In this document: positions 8,101 through 18,872 of the stretch, piece after piece | Numbering within the stretch: position 1 is the stretch's first letter | Layout: each line of letters starts with the position of its first letter | Assembly (NCBI GenBank): GCA_963814585.1 | Contig: CAWFDF010000004.1 | Coordinates: 544,001-608,000, forward strand | Reading direction: 5' to 3' | Source of the DNA: an uncultured delta proteobacterium | Lineage (GTDB): Bacteria > Myxococcota > Myxococcia > Myxococcales > Anaeromyxobacteraceae | DNA length: 64,000 nucleotides | Notes under the pieces: generated by a model | Seen by the model: the letters and a program-made list of their open reading frames with translations, nothing else | Databases searched by the model: none | Told to the model about the DNA's origin: nothing | Translations under genes and position numbers: made by a program

Positions 8101-10635
8101 CGCCGGCGTCACGGCAGCCGACGCCGGGGAGGCCGGCCCGGCCCCGGCGGCATTGCTGGCGGTGACCGTGAACGTGTAGCTGGTCCCGTTGGCGAGCCCC
8201 GCGAACGTGATCCCGGTCGTGGTCGCGGAGCGGGTGGCGCCGCCGGGGCTGGCCGTGACCGTGTACCCGGTGACCGGGCTGCCGCCGTCCGAGCCGGGCG
8301 CCGTCCACGTCAGCATCACCGTGGCGTCGCCCGCGACGGCGACCGGCCGGCCGGGGGCGGTCGGAACCGTGTACGGCGTCACCGGTGGCGAGGCAGCACT
8401 GGAAGGGCCATCGCCGACCGCGTTGCTGGCGAGGACCTGGAACGCGTACGCGGTGCCATTGGCGAGGCCGGAGACCACGGCGCCGGTTCCCGTGACGCTG
8501 AAGGTCGCCGAGGGCGCGGCCGGACTGACCAGCACCGTGTAGCCGGTGAGCGGGCGGCCGCCCGTGCTCGCGGGGGCGCTCCAGCTGAGGGACGCCGACT
8601 GGTCTCCCGGAGCGGCCACCAGGTTCCCCGGCGCCCCTGGCACGTCCGGGGTGGTGACCGCCAGCGACGCCGCCGAGGCCGGGCCGGTGCCGTTCGCGTT
8701 GGAGGCCCTCACCGTGAACGTGTAGGCGGTGCCGTTGGCGAGCCCCGACACGGTGGCGCTGGTGCCCATCGCCGCCGCGGTGACGCCGCCTGGGGACGCC
8801 GTCACCGTGTAGCCGGTGATGGCGCTCCCGCCGTCGCTGCCGGGCGCCGTCCAGCTCACCGTGGCGCTGCGGACGTCGGCGACCGCGGCCACGCCCGTCG
8901 GCGCGCCCGGCGTGGTCGCCGGCGTCACGGCAGCCGACGCCGGGGAGGCCGGCCCGGCCCCGGCGGCATTGCTGGCGGTGACCGTGAACGTGTAGCTGGT
9001 CCCGTTGGCGAGCCCCGCGAACGTGATCCCGGTCGTGGTCGCGGAGCGGGTGGCGCCGCCGGGGCTGGCCGTGACCGTGTACCCGGTGACCGGGCTGCCG
9101 CCGTCCGAGCCGGGCGCCGTCCACGTCAGCATCACCGTGGCGTCGCCCGCGACGGCGACCGGCCGGCCGGGGGCGGTCGGAACCGTGTACGGCGTCACCG
9201 GAGGCGAGGCCGCGCTCACCGGTCCATCGCCAACGGCAGAGGTAGCGTACACGCCGAAGGCGTAGGACGTCCCGTTGGCGAGGCCGGAGACCACGGCGCC
9301 GGTTCCCGTGACGCTGAAGGTCGCCGAGGGCGCGGCCGGACTGACCAGCACCGTGTAGCCGGTGAGCGGGCGGCCGCCCGTGCTCGCGGGGGCGCTCCAG
9401 CTGAGGGACGCCGACTGGTCTCCCGGAGCGGCCACCAGGTTCCCCGGCGCCCCTGGCACGTCCGGGGTGGTGACCGCCGGCGACGCCGCCGAGGCCGGGC
9501 CGGTGCCGTTCGCGTTGGAGGCCCTCACCGTGAACGTGTAGGCGGTGCCGTTGGCGAGCCCGCGACACGGTGGCGCTGGTGCCCGTCGCGGCCGCGGTGG
9601 CGCCGCCCGGGGACGACCGTCACCGTGTAGCCGGTGATGGCGCTCCCGCCGTCGCTGCCCGGCGCCGTCCAGCTCACCGTGGCGCTGCGGACGTCGGCGA
9701 CCGCGGCCACGCCGGTCGGCGCGCCCGGCATGGTCGCCGGCGTCACGGCAGCCGACGCCGGGGAGGCCGGCCCGGCCCCGGCGGCATTGCTGGCGGTGAC
9801 CGTGAACGTGTAGCTGGTCCCGTTGGCGAGCCCGGTGAAGGTGATCCCGGTGCTGGTCGCGGAGCGGGTGGCGCCGCCGGGGCTGGCCGTGACCGTGTAC
9901 CCGGTGACCGGGCTGCCGCCGTCCGAGCCGGGCGCGGTCCACGTCAGCATCACCGCGGCGTCGCCCGCGACCGCGACCGGCCGGCCGGGGGCGGTCGGAA
10001 CCGTGTACGGCGTCACCGGCAGCGAGGCCGCGCTGGCCGGCCCGTCGCCGACCGCGTTGCTGGCGAGGACCTGGAACGCGTACGCGGTGCCATTGGCGAG
10101 GCCGGAGACCACGGCGCCGGTTCCCGTGACGCTGAAGGTCGCCGAGGGCGCGGCCGGACTGACCAGCACCGTGTAGCCGGTGAGCGGGCGGCCGCCCGTG
10201 CTCGCGGGGGCGCTCCAGCTGAGCGACGCCGACTGGTCTCCCGGAGCGGCCACCAGGTTCCCCGGCGCCCCTGGCACGTCCGGGGTGGTGACCGCCGGCG
10301 ACGCCGCCGAGGCCGGGCCGGTGCCGTTCGCGTTGGAGGCCCTCACCGTGAACGTGTAGGCGGTGCCGTTGAGGAGGCCGGAGACGGTGGCGCTGGTGCC
10401 CGTCGCCGCCGCGGTGGCGCCGCCCGGGGACGACCGTCACCGTGTAGCCGGTGATGGCGCTCCCGCCGTCGCTGCCCGGCGCCGCCCAGCTCACCGTGGC
10501 GCTGCGGACGCCGGCGACCGCGGCCACGCCGGTCGGCGCGCCCGGCGCCGTGGCCGACGGAGTCGGATCGGCCCCTCCACACGCCGAGATCGCCGAGGCG
10601 ACCACCGCGACCGCGAGAGCGCGAAGCCCGGTCAA
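5107..10635 (-). CDS. Giant surface lipoprotein: ~14 FN3 domains, Ig-like domains and a C-terminal metallophosphoesterase; three +1 insertions put part of it out of frame
   Basis: Lipobox AISAC; repeated PGAPTGV...VSW..P..GGS.ITGYTVT...GL.NGT.YTF.V.A.N; two 'LPAGL.L...TG...GTP' putative Ig domains; calcineurin-like motifs INDVH, GDLDD, GNHD, GHAH. The true frame for ~9615-10430 is carried by ORF 9525..10346. Confidence 0.85.
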   Translation of the reverse strand: MTGLRALAVAVVASAISACGGADPTPSATAPGAPTGVAAVAGVRSATVSWAAPGSDGGSAITGYTVTVVPGRRHRGGDGHQRHRLRPPQRHRLHVHGEGLQRERHRPGLGGVAGGHHPGRARGAGEPGGRSGRPVGVAQLERPREHGRPPAHRLHGAGQSGRALGDLQRHGNRRRGLRPRQWHRVRVPGPRQQRGRRRAGQRGLAAGDAVHGSDRPRPAGRGRGRRRGDADVDRARLGRRQPGHRVHGHGQPRRRHPLRDQHRDHLHRARQRDQLHVHGHRQQCRRGRAGLPGVGCRDAGDHAGRADRRGRGRRRPQRHGELDGAGQRRRERHHRLHGDGRPRAAPPRPRRAPAPPCRGLANGTAYTFTVRASNANGTGPASAASPAVTTPDVPGAPGNLVAAPGDQSASLSWSAPASTGGRPLTGYTVLVSPAAPSATFSVTGTGAVVSGLANGTSYAFGVYATSAVGDGPVSAASPPVTPYTVPTAPGRPVAVAGDATVMLTWTAPGSDGGSPVTGYTVTASPGGATRSATTTGITFAGLANGTSYTFTVTASNAAGAGPASPASAAVTPATTPGAPTGVAAVADVRSATVSWTAPGSDGGSAITGYTVTASPGGVTAAAMGTSATVSGLANGTAYTFTVRASNANGTGPASAASLAVTTPDVPGAPGNLVAAPGDQSASLSWSAPASTGGRPLTGYTVLVSPAAPSATFSVTGTGAVVSGLANGTAYAFQVLASNAVGDGPSSAASPPVTPYTVPTAPGRPVAVAGDATVMLTWTAPGSDGGSPVTGYTVTASPGGATRSATTTGITFAGLANGTSYTFTVTASNAAGAGPASPASAAVTPATTPGAPTGVAAVADVRSATVSWTAPPDNGSAITGYTVTASPGGVTAAAMGTSATVSGLANGTAYTFTVRASNANGTGPASASSLGAVTTPDVPGAPSGLVAVPSDGTVSLGWNAPASNGSAITGYTVTVSPGGATRTVTGTSATVSGLTNGTPYVFRVFASSAVGDGPVSAASPPVTPYTVPTAPGRPVAVAGDATVMLTWTAPGSDGGSPVTGYTVTASPGGATRPAAGTSTTFAGLANGTSYTFTVAAVNAAGTGPESLASAAVTPATTPGAPTGVAAVADVRSATVSWTAPPDNGSAITGYTVTASPGGATAAATGTSATVSGLANGTAYTFTVRASNAIGPGPASLPSAPATTPGLPGAPTGLVAVASDGSAFLSWTAPASTGGRPVTRYEVAVTPPAPAAFIAFAETSATITDLTNETTYSFQVLASTAVGDGPLSAPSNHVTPAQAPVVLTYSSMAPVYTRGVAIAPNLPSNLGGHVVGYSVSPGLPAGLDLDPATGVVSGTPSGIVPRRSYTVTATNAGGATTAILDVTVNDLAPSALTYATPVVYVGGSAIAPNRPGSAGGAVVWYAVSPDLPPGLSLSSSTGAIAGTPSAVAAASTYTVTAGNTGGSTQASVSIRVVAPPPPVIVSGPASLVVDVGATAGFHVTATGTGQVAYQWHRDGAVVPGAVAADYLTPPVTLADAGAVFHVVVSDGFGGQTASGSAVLGVRAATTVNIAVINDVHLEASDPRLLGDVAAHLASWQPDLVQSCGDLDDDDAAGYAVNVNDVYLAQLASVTGERSYTFGNHDSENSMTFAEARAAWPASVRGKWQAGLGYGSFDVGGLHVILLDAQYHSDTDVRIDTMGGNFPDNWGHLPPAEIAWLQADLAATTRPSVVFSHQTLGTDYPVSRSHDWIDNQAEVRAVLEAAPYGVIAAVAGHAHDNAVSVTNGIAYIIQTSIYDQFVSPGYTDHDGAAYLRLAVDPVSMTLTAEEWENDSHAGWQLVDTFTHSR
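6770..10550. repeat. Near-identical intragenic tandem repeat, ~810-818 bp unit (three FN3 domains), about 4.7 copies
   Basis: Marker gtgaacgtgtaggcggtgccgtt recurs at ~7094, 7901, 8714, 9530 and 10348. Confidence 0.9.
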
Positions 10636-10947
10636 GAATCTCCCCCCACCCCGTGAAAGCTATTCGGCGATACCGGCAGCGCAACCCCGGGAAGCATACC
10701 CACAGGTGCCCACCTCATGAATCCGGTCCGTGCGTCCATCGATCAAGGGGCAAGCGGCCGGCCTGGGTCGAGGAGAGACCTGCCCTGCGCGAAGGCGCGC
10801 AGCCGGCCGGGAGCCGGAGTCGGTCCGCTGCCAGGGACCGATCGCGGCGCTGGCGCCGGCCACCTGGTCCAGGTTCGGCCTGCCGCCAGCTTCGGGGACG
10901 GGCGCCCCTCACCGGGCAAGCGGTGAGGGACGGTCGTCATCGGCAGA

Positions 10948-13900
10948 TCACGGCCGCCGCGCGGTCATCCCCTGGGGGGAGCGGCGGCGCCCCATCAGCG
11001 CCAGGAGCACGAGGGCGAGGAGCCCCACGGGGGCGCCCTGGCCGGAGGAGGTGCAGCCGCATCCGCCGGAGTCGGCCTTGGGCGCCGCGGGCGGGACGCA
11101 GAGGCCGTCGGCGCAGGTGTCGCCCGCGGCGCAGTCGGCCGGGACCTGGCAGACCTCGATGCGGCTGACGTCGACCTCGGTGGTGAAGCGGCTGGTGAGC
11201 CCGCCGGACGCGACCTCGCACGCGAAGGTGTCGAGCCCGACGAAGCGACTCTGCGGCATGTAGCTGACGGAGTCGCCGGCCACGGAGGCCTGGCCGGACT
11301 GGGCCGGGCTGGCCAGCGTCACGGTGATCGGGTCACCGTCCGGGTCGTACCCGGCCACGAAGGGTGCGAGGAGCCTCTCCTGCTTGGTGGCGCGCCGCTT
11401 CCAGGCGTCGGAGAGGATCCAGGTGGCGCCGCTGGGAGCCGTGAGGGTGGCCTCGAGGTGGCTCGGGGCGGCGTCGAAGAGCGCGGCACCGCTGCCCTCG
11501 TCGAAGCGCCACAGGCCGAGGAGGCCACTGGCGTCACCGGGAACCGGCTGGCGCGCCGAGGCGGCCAGCTCGCTGGCGGTGCGGGCGCTGGACCAGAGCC
11601 GGAGCTCGTCCACCGTCCCGGCGAACCGGTCGGTGGCGGCGCCGGCGGACGGCGCGGCGCCGACGACGACCGGCTGCTGGGTGCCGCTCCCGAAGCCACC
11701 GCTGAGGGCGGCGGCCTCGACGCCGTCGAGGAAGAGCACCGTGCCGCCGTCGGCGGCGACGAGCGCCAGGTGGTGCCAGCTGGTGCCGATGGTCGCGCTG
11801 AAGTGGACCGCCTCGGCGCCGCGGCGGACGATCAGGCTGCCCCGGTCGGCGGAGAGGCAGAGGCCGAAGCGCAGCCCCGCGCCCTCGCCCTGCTGGACCA
11901 GGCACGCCGTGCCGGTCCCGGGCTGGGCCTTGAACCAGAGCTCCACGGTCCTGGCGCCATCGAGGGCCCCACCGGCATCCTGGATGCGGGCGTCCTGGGT
12001 CTCGCCGTCGAAGGTCACGGCATGGCCGGAGCCGGCCACCGGCGGGGAATCGGGCACCACCTGGCCGCCGGTGAGCGTGCCCGACGACGCCAGGAACTGG
12101 GCGTCGCCGGAGTAGTCGGCGGTGATCGGGTGCGTGCCCCGGGTGAGCGAACGGACCGTGACCGAGGCGACGCCGCCGGACAGGGTCCCGGTGCCGATCG
12201 CGGTGGCCCCGTCCACGAACGTCACGGTGCCGGTCGGCGCTCCGGCGCCGACCGTGGCGGCGACCGTGGCGGTGAAGGTGACGGGCTGGTTGGAGGTCGC
12301 CCCGGGGCGGGAGGACGACAAGGCGACGGCGGTGGTGGACTTGCCCACCACGTAGGTGAGCGTGGCCGGCGCCGCGGCCAGCACGTTGGCGTCCCCGGCG
12401 TAGGTGGCCGAGAGGGCATGGCTGCCGACCAGGAGGCCGCCCGGGAGGGAGATGGTGGCGGTCCCGCCGGCCAGGGTGCCCGTGCCGAGGACGGCCGGGC
12501 CGTCGAGCAGCGACACGGAGCCGGTCGGGACGGCGCCCGGCGCGGTGACCTGGACGACGAAGGCCAGCGGCTGGCCCGAGACCGGCGACGCCACCGAGGG
12601 GATGACGGTGGCCAGGGTGGTGGCCCTGGAGACCGTGATGGTGGCCTGGCTGGAGGCGGCGTCGTAGTTGGCGGTGCCGGCCTGGCTGGCGGAGAGCACG
12701 ACGGCGCCGGCGCCGGTGAGGCTGAGGGTGGAGCCGGCCAGGGAGGCAGGGCCGCTCACCACGGCGAAGGTGACGGCGGTGCCCGAGGCGCCGCCGGTGG
12801 CGAAGGGGGCGAGGTCGAAGGCGGCGTCCCCGTAGGTCTTGGTCGCCGGAGGGTTGAAGGCCACCGACTGGGTCGCCCTGGCGATGGAGAGGGAGCCGCT
12901 GGCGGACCCCTGGTGGTTGGCGTCGCTCACCGTGGCGACCACGGCGTAGGTGCCGGCGCTGGTGGGGGCGGTGGCGGAGCCGGCGTAGGTGACGTTCACC
13001 GTGAGGCCGGCCGGCGCGGTGGTGACGGCGGCGGCCTTGGGGGTGCCGTCGTAGGTGGCGGAGAGCGAGGCGGCCACCAGGGTGACGGTGGCCGTGGCCT
13101 TGCCGACCGTGATGGACCTCGGCACGTCGGCGGCGGCAGTGTAGTCGGCGCTCGCCGCCTGGCTGGCCGTGACCACGACCGTTCCCGCGCCGGTGATGGT
13201 GAGGGTGGTGCCGGCCAGGCTGCCCGGACCGCTGGTCACGGCGAAGGTGACCGGGTTGCCCGAGGCGGTGCCGGTGGCGAAGGTGGCGAGGTCGATGGGC
13301 ACGTCACCGAAGGTCCGGGTGGCCGGAGGGTTGAAGGCGATCGACTGGGCGGCCTTGGCGACCGTGATGCTGGCCGGGGCGACGGCGTCCGCGTAGTTGG
13401 CGTCACCCGCCTGGTGGGCCGTGACCACGACCGTGCCGGCGCCGGTGAAGGTGAGGAGGGAGCCGGACACGCTGCCCGGGCCGCTGGTCACGGCGAAGGT
13501 GACCGGGTTGCCCGAGGCGCCGCCGGTGGCGAACGGGGCCAGGTCGAGCGCGGCGTCGCCGAAGGTGGCGGTGGCGGGGGGCGTGAAGGCGATGGACTGG
13601 GCGGCCTGGTCGACCAGGATGGTGGCCTGGACGGGGGCCGCTTCGGCGTGGTTGGCGTCGCCGGCCTGGCTGGCGGTGAGGACCACCGAACCCGCGCCGG
13701 TGATGGTGAGGACGGAGCCGGCGAGCGAGCCGGGGCCGCTGGTCACGACGAAGGTGACGGGGTTGCCGGAGGCGCCACCGATGGCGAAGGCGGCCAGATC
13801 CACCGGGGCGCCGCCGAAGCCCATGGTGGGCGGCGGCGCGAAGGTGACGGACTGGGCGGCCTTGGCGATGGTGAGGGTGCCGGAGGCGGTGCCCTGGTGG

Positions 13901-16900
13901 TTGGCGTCGTTCACCGTGGCGACGACGGCGTAGCCGCCGGCGCCGGTGGGGATGGTGGCGGAGCCGGCGTAGGTGAGGTTCACCGCCAGGCCCGCGGGGG
14001 TGGTGGTGGCGACGGCGGCCTTGGGGTTCCCGTCGTAGGTGGCCGAGAGGGACGAGGCCACCAGCGTCACCGCGGCGGCAGCCTTCCCCACCACGATGGA
14101 CTTCGCCACGTCGGGGGCGGCGAGGTGGTTGGCGCCACCGGCCTGGCTCGCCGTGACCACCACCGTGCCGGCGCCGGTGAGGGAGAGGATGGAGCCGGCC
14201 AGGCTGCCCGGGCCGCTCGTCACCGCGAAGCTGACGGCGTTGCCCGAGCCGCCGCCGGTGGCCAGCGGGGCGAGGTCGAAGGCAGGATCGCCGAAGGTCC
14301 TGGTGGCCGGAGGATTGAAGGCAATGGCCTGGGCGGCCTTGGCGATGGAGAGGGTGCCGGAGGCGGTGCCCTGGTGGTTGGCGTCGTTCACCGTGGCGAC
14401 CACGGCGTAGTCGCCGGCGCCGCTGGGGGCGGTGGCGGAGCCGGCGTAGGTGAAGCCGACCGTCAGGCCGGCGGGGATGGTGGTGGCGGTGGCGGACTTG
14501 GCCGTGCCGTCGTAGGTGGCGGTGAGCGAGGCGGGCGCAGCGTCACCGTGGCGGCGGCCTTGGAGATGGTGAGGGTGCCGGAGGCGGTGCCCTGGTGGTT
14601 GGCGTCGTTCACCGTGGCGACCACGGCGTAGTCGCCGGCGCCGGTGGGGGCGGTGGCGGAGCCGCCGTAGGTGAAGGCGACCGTCAGGCCTGCGGGGCTG
14701 GTGGTGGCGGCGGCCGCCTTGGAGGTGCCGTCGTAGGTCACGGAGAGCGAGGCCGGCACCAGCGTCACCGTGGCGGCGGCCTTGGAGATGGTGAGGGTGC
14801 CGGAGGCCGTGCCCTGGTGGTTGGCGTCGTTCACCGTGGCGACCACGGCATAGTCGCCGGCGCCGGTGGGGGCGGTGGCGGAGCCGGCGTAGGTGAAGCC
14901 GACCGTCAGGCCCGCGGGGCTGGTGGTGGCGGCGGCCGCCTTGGAGGTGCCGTCGTAGGTCACGGAGAGCGAGGCCGGCACCAGCGTCACCGTGGCGGCG
15001 GCCTTGGCGATGGTGAGGGTGCCGGAGGCGGTGCCCTGGTAATTGGCGTCGTTCACCGTGGCGACCACGGCGTAGTCGCCGGCGCCGCTGGGGGCGGTGG
15101 CCGAGCCCGTGTAGGTGACGTTGACCGCCAGTCCGGCGGGGATGGTGGTGACGACGGCGGCCTTCGGGGTGCCGTCATAGGTGGCGGAGAGCGAGCCTGG
15201 CACCAGCGTCACCGTGGCGGCGGCCTTGGCGATGGTGAGGGTGCCGGAGGCGGTGCCCTGGTAGTTGGCGTCGTTCACCGTGGCGACCACGGCGTAGCCG
15301 CCGGCGAGGGTGGGAGGGGAGGCGGAGCCGGCGTAGGTGAGGTCGACCGTGAGGCCGGCAGGGCTGGTGGTGGCGACGGCGGCCTTGGGGGTGCCGTCGT
15401 AGGCGGCGGAGAGCGAGGCCGGCACCAGCGTCACCGTGGCGGCAGCCTTGGCGATGGTGAGGGTGCCGGAGGCCGTGCCCTGGTAGTTGGCGTCGTTCAC
15501 CGTGGCGACCACGGCGTAGCCGCCGGCGCCGGTCGGGGCCGTGGCGGAGCCGGCGTAGGTGAAGGTGACCGCCAGGCCCGCCGGGATGGTGGTGGCGGAG
15601 GCGGCCTTGGGGGCGCCGTCATAGGTGGCGGAGAGCGAGCCTGGCACCAGCGTCACCGTGGCGGTGGCCTTGGCCACCTCCTGGGTGAGGGAGCCGGTCG
15701 ACGTGGCGTGCGCGGCGTCTCCGCTGTAGGTGGCCGTGACCGCGCTGGAGCCGGCGCCCAGGGTGGCCACGATGCAGTTCGCCTGGCCGGAGACCAGCGC
15801 CACCGCCGCGCACACGGTGGTGGCGCCCGCCTTGAAGGTGACCGTGCCGGTCGGCGCCGGGCCGCTGGACGAGACCGTGGCCGTGAAGGTCACCGCGTCA
15901 CCGTAGGTGGACGGGTTGAGCGAGGAGCCCAGCGCCGTGGTGCTCGCCAGGCCCAGGTTGGTCAGGTGGAAGGGGGCGACGGCGAGCCCGACCGCGCTGG
16001 CCTCCACGTCGTAGCTCCCGGTCAGCAGGTTGGCGGTGGCCGTGACCGAGGCCAGGCCGTAGAAGTTGGTGGTGGCCGTGGCCGCCGAGAGGCTGGCGCC
16101 GGCGCCGCTCACCGGGGCCGTGAAGGTGACCTCGACGCCGTCCACCGCCACGCCGTCGGCGTCGGTGACCTTGACGGTGAGCGGCAGGCCGAAGGCGGCC
16201 CCGTTCGTCGCCGCCTGCCCGCCGCCGGACTGGACGGCCATGGTGGTGGCCGCGCCGTGCAGCGGCCGATCGAGGTTGGTGAAGGGGACGTGGAAGTCCG
16301 CGGGGATAGGGTTGTACACGGTGGTGTCGGTGAGGACGTCGACCGTGTAGCTCCCCGGCCAGCTGTTGGCGGCGAGCGGGATGGAGACCTCTCCGTTGCC
16401 GTCGGTGGTGCCGGTGGCGGTGCCGAGGGTGGCGCCGGCCGCGAAGCCCCCGGTGTTGACGAAGGTGAGGACGGCGCCCGGCACCGGGGACCCGTTGAAG
16501 AAGCTCAGGCGCACCACCAGGGGCTGGTCGAAGGCGGTCCCGGTGAAGGCCGACTGGCCTCCGCCGCTCACCACCTGGAGGTAGCCGACCTTGGTAGGGT
16601 CGATGACGCTGGGGTACAGGACCTTGTCGGTGAAGGCGATTGGCGAGGAGCAGGTCACCGAGTACCAGCCCGGCAGGGCGCCGACGGCGGCGCTGATGTC
16701 GACCGAGGCGATCCCGGCGGCGTCGGTGATGGCCGAGGCGGCGGAGAGCACGATGTCGGCGGAGGACGCGGCGAAGGTCACGTTCCCACCCGAGATCGGG
16801 TTGAGCGAGGCGTCGACCAGCCGGATCATGGCCGGCCTCGTGAACGGCTGGCCCGGCGCGGCCCACATCTCGTTCCCGTCCACCCACTGCAGGAAGCTGT

Positions 16901-17372
16901 AGGCGGCGTCGTTGACCCAGAAGCCGACCGTCGTGGTGGCGCCCACGGTCTCCAGCAGCACGTCGAGCTGGCCCAGGCCGCCGGCCGTCACCGAGACCTG
17001 GCCCCGGCCACGCGCGTCGGTCACCACGCTGGCCGGAGCGATGGTGCCCGTGCCCACGCTGACCGTCGCCGTCACGGTGACGCCGGGCACGGGCTGGTCG
17101 GCGGCGTCGTCGACCTCGAAGACCAGTGGGCTGGCGAAGGGCTGCCCCGGCGTCGCGAACTGGTTCCCACCGCTGAGGACGCGGATCTGGGTGGGCGCGC
17201 CCGCCGCGTAGACCACCGCCAGCGGCGCGCCGCCGCCCTTGACCGTCGGGCGTGACGCTGAGTCCTTGGTGGAGGTGTTGCAGGCGGCCATGGCCAGCGT
17301 CGCGACCAGCGCCACGGCGAGGCGGGTGGAAAGGTGGCCGGCACCAGCGACGTGGCGTGACGATGCGTGCAT
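10948..17372 (-). CDS. Giant adhesin-like protein (Big_1/invasin-like Ig, Ig group 3, MBG repeats, LamG, Cys-rich, MYXO-CTERM); one -1 frameshift near 14535
   Basis: ORFs 14463..18086 and 10948..14403 continue the same repeat. Real start MHASSRH...LAMAAC at 17372 after a GGGGGA RBS. LamG motifs (VELWFK, WHHLALV, FAGTVDELRLW, LWRFDEGSG). C-terminus GGCGCTSS-TM-RRR. Confidence 0.85.
14330..15680. repeat. 222-bp tandem repeat x6 (MBG-like 74-aa domain)
   Basis: Marker ccctggt.gttggcgtcgttcaccgtggcgacc at ~14369, 14590, 14811, 15034, 15256 and 15478; dispersed copies at ~12910 and ~13890. Confidence 0.9.
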
Positions 17373-17640
17373 GTGTGAGTCCCCCTGGGGAGGTGACCCT
17401 ACACGACGACGCGGACGCGCGGAGCACCTCAGGTCAACGACAGGGGGCCTTCTCCCGTCATTCTGCGGGCTTCGAGCGCTGCGGCATGACGCCCCGTACC
17501 CTGGGTCCAGGACACGGCTGGCGCGGGGCGCTCGGCCCTCACCGCGATCTGGACCGGCCCCGGACCTGGCGAAGGCTCTTTCGGGCCTGCACGGTGATTC
17601 CCGCGCCACCTCGCGGCGGGCCGGCGTTACCGTGCGGGCC

Positions 17641-18792
17641 GTGAGCGCTCGGCACCACGTCCTCCTCGTCCCGGGGTTCTTCGGCTTCGCCAGCCTGAGC
17701 GACTTCACGTACTTCGGGCACGTCCGCGAGCTGCTCTCGGACCTCGGACCGGCGCTGGGGATCGAGGGGGAGGTGCTGGTGGTGTCCACCGAGCCGACCG
17801 CCTCGCTGCCCCGCCGCGCGGCGCTGCTGGGCGAGGCGGTGGCGGCGCTCCTCGATCGCTCGCCCGGCGAGGTGAGCCTGGTGGGCCACTCGAGCGGCGG
17901 CCTCGACGCCCGGCTCTTCATGACGCCGGGGGCGACCTTGCCGACGAGCGCCGACGTGGCGCGGTGCGCCGACGCCGTGCGATCGGTGGTGACGGTCTGC
18001 GCGCCGCACCGGGGGACGCCGCTCGCCTCGGCCTTCGTCGGCCTCATCGGCCAGCAGGCGCTGCGGCTCCTCTCGCTCGCCACCATGCACGCGCTCCGCT
18101 CCGGCCGGCTGCCGCTGTCCGCGGTGGTGAGGATGGCGCGGCTGCTGCGGCTCGGCCGGGCGCCGCCCTCGGGCGTGCTGGAGCAGCTCTCGCAGCAGCT
18201 CCTCGGCGACTACAGCGGGGAGCGACGCCGGGCCATGGAGCGCTACCTCGACGACGTCCGGTCGGACCAGGGGCTGGTCTCGCAGCTCGCCCCCGGGGGC
18301 ATGGAGCTCTTCAACGCCTCGGCGGTGGATCGCCCGGGAGTGGCCTACGGCTGCGTGGTGACCCAGGCGCGGCCGCCCAGCCTGCGATCGCTCGTCGCCG
18401 CGCGCTTCGATCCGTACGCCCAGGCCACCCACGCGCTCTTCGTGGCGCTCTGGCGGCTCGCCGGCCGGGCGCCCGGGGACCGGCTGCCACCCATCGACGA
18501 GCCCAGCGCGGCGGTGCTGCGGCGCGCCTTTGGCCGCATCCCCGGGCCGTCCGCCAACGACGGGATCGTGCCCACCCGCAGCCAGGTCCACGGCGCGGTG
18601 CTGCACGCCACCTGGGCCGACCACCACGACGTGCTGGGCCACTTCCACGGCCCGACGCACGTGCCGCCCCACTTCGACTGGCTCGCCTCCGGCTCCGGCT
18701 TCAACCGGCGCCACTTCGAGGCGCTGTGGGGGGACGTGGCCGGCTTCCTCGCCCGCCCCGGCGCCCCGGAGCGACCCCGGGGTGTCCACTGA
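17641..18792 (+). CDS. Alpha/beta-hydrolase, lipase/esterase family
   Basis: LLVPGFFGF oxyanion region, VGHSSGGLD, PHRGTPLA, NDGIVP, DHHDVLGHF. Start approximate. Confidence 0.85.
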   Translation: MSARHHVLLVPGFFGFASLSDFTYFGHVRELLSDLGPALGIEGEVLVVSTEPTASLPRRAALLGEAVAALLDRSPGEVSLVGHSSGGLDARLFMTPGATLPTSADVARCADAVRSVVTVCAPHRGTPLASAFVGLIGQQALRLLSLATMHALRSGRLPLSAVVRMARLLRLGRAPPSGVLEQLSQQLLGDYSGERRRAMERYLDDVRSDQGLVSQLAPGGMELFNASAVDRPGVAYGCVVTQARPPSLRSLVAARFDPYAQATHALFVALWRLAGRAPGDRLPPIDEPSAAVLRRAFGRIPGPSANDGIVPTRSQVHGAVLHATWADHHDVLGHFHGPTHVPPHFDWLASGSGFNRRHFEALWGDVAGFLARPGAPERPRGVH

Positions 18793-18872
18793 GCAGGAGC
18801 GGCGGGAGCGCCAGTTGGCCATCGATCTCGGCGCGCTCCTCCAGTATGAAGCCGGGGGAGGGAGCGAAGCTC

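Noticed and set aside
6770..15680. Long tandem repeats as a possible CRISPR array or mobile repeat
   Set aside because: Units are 222 and ~816 bp, encode protein domains and have no unique spacers; no cas genes.
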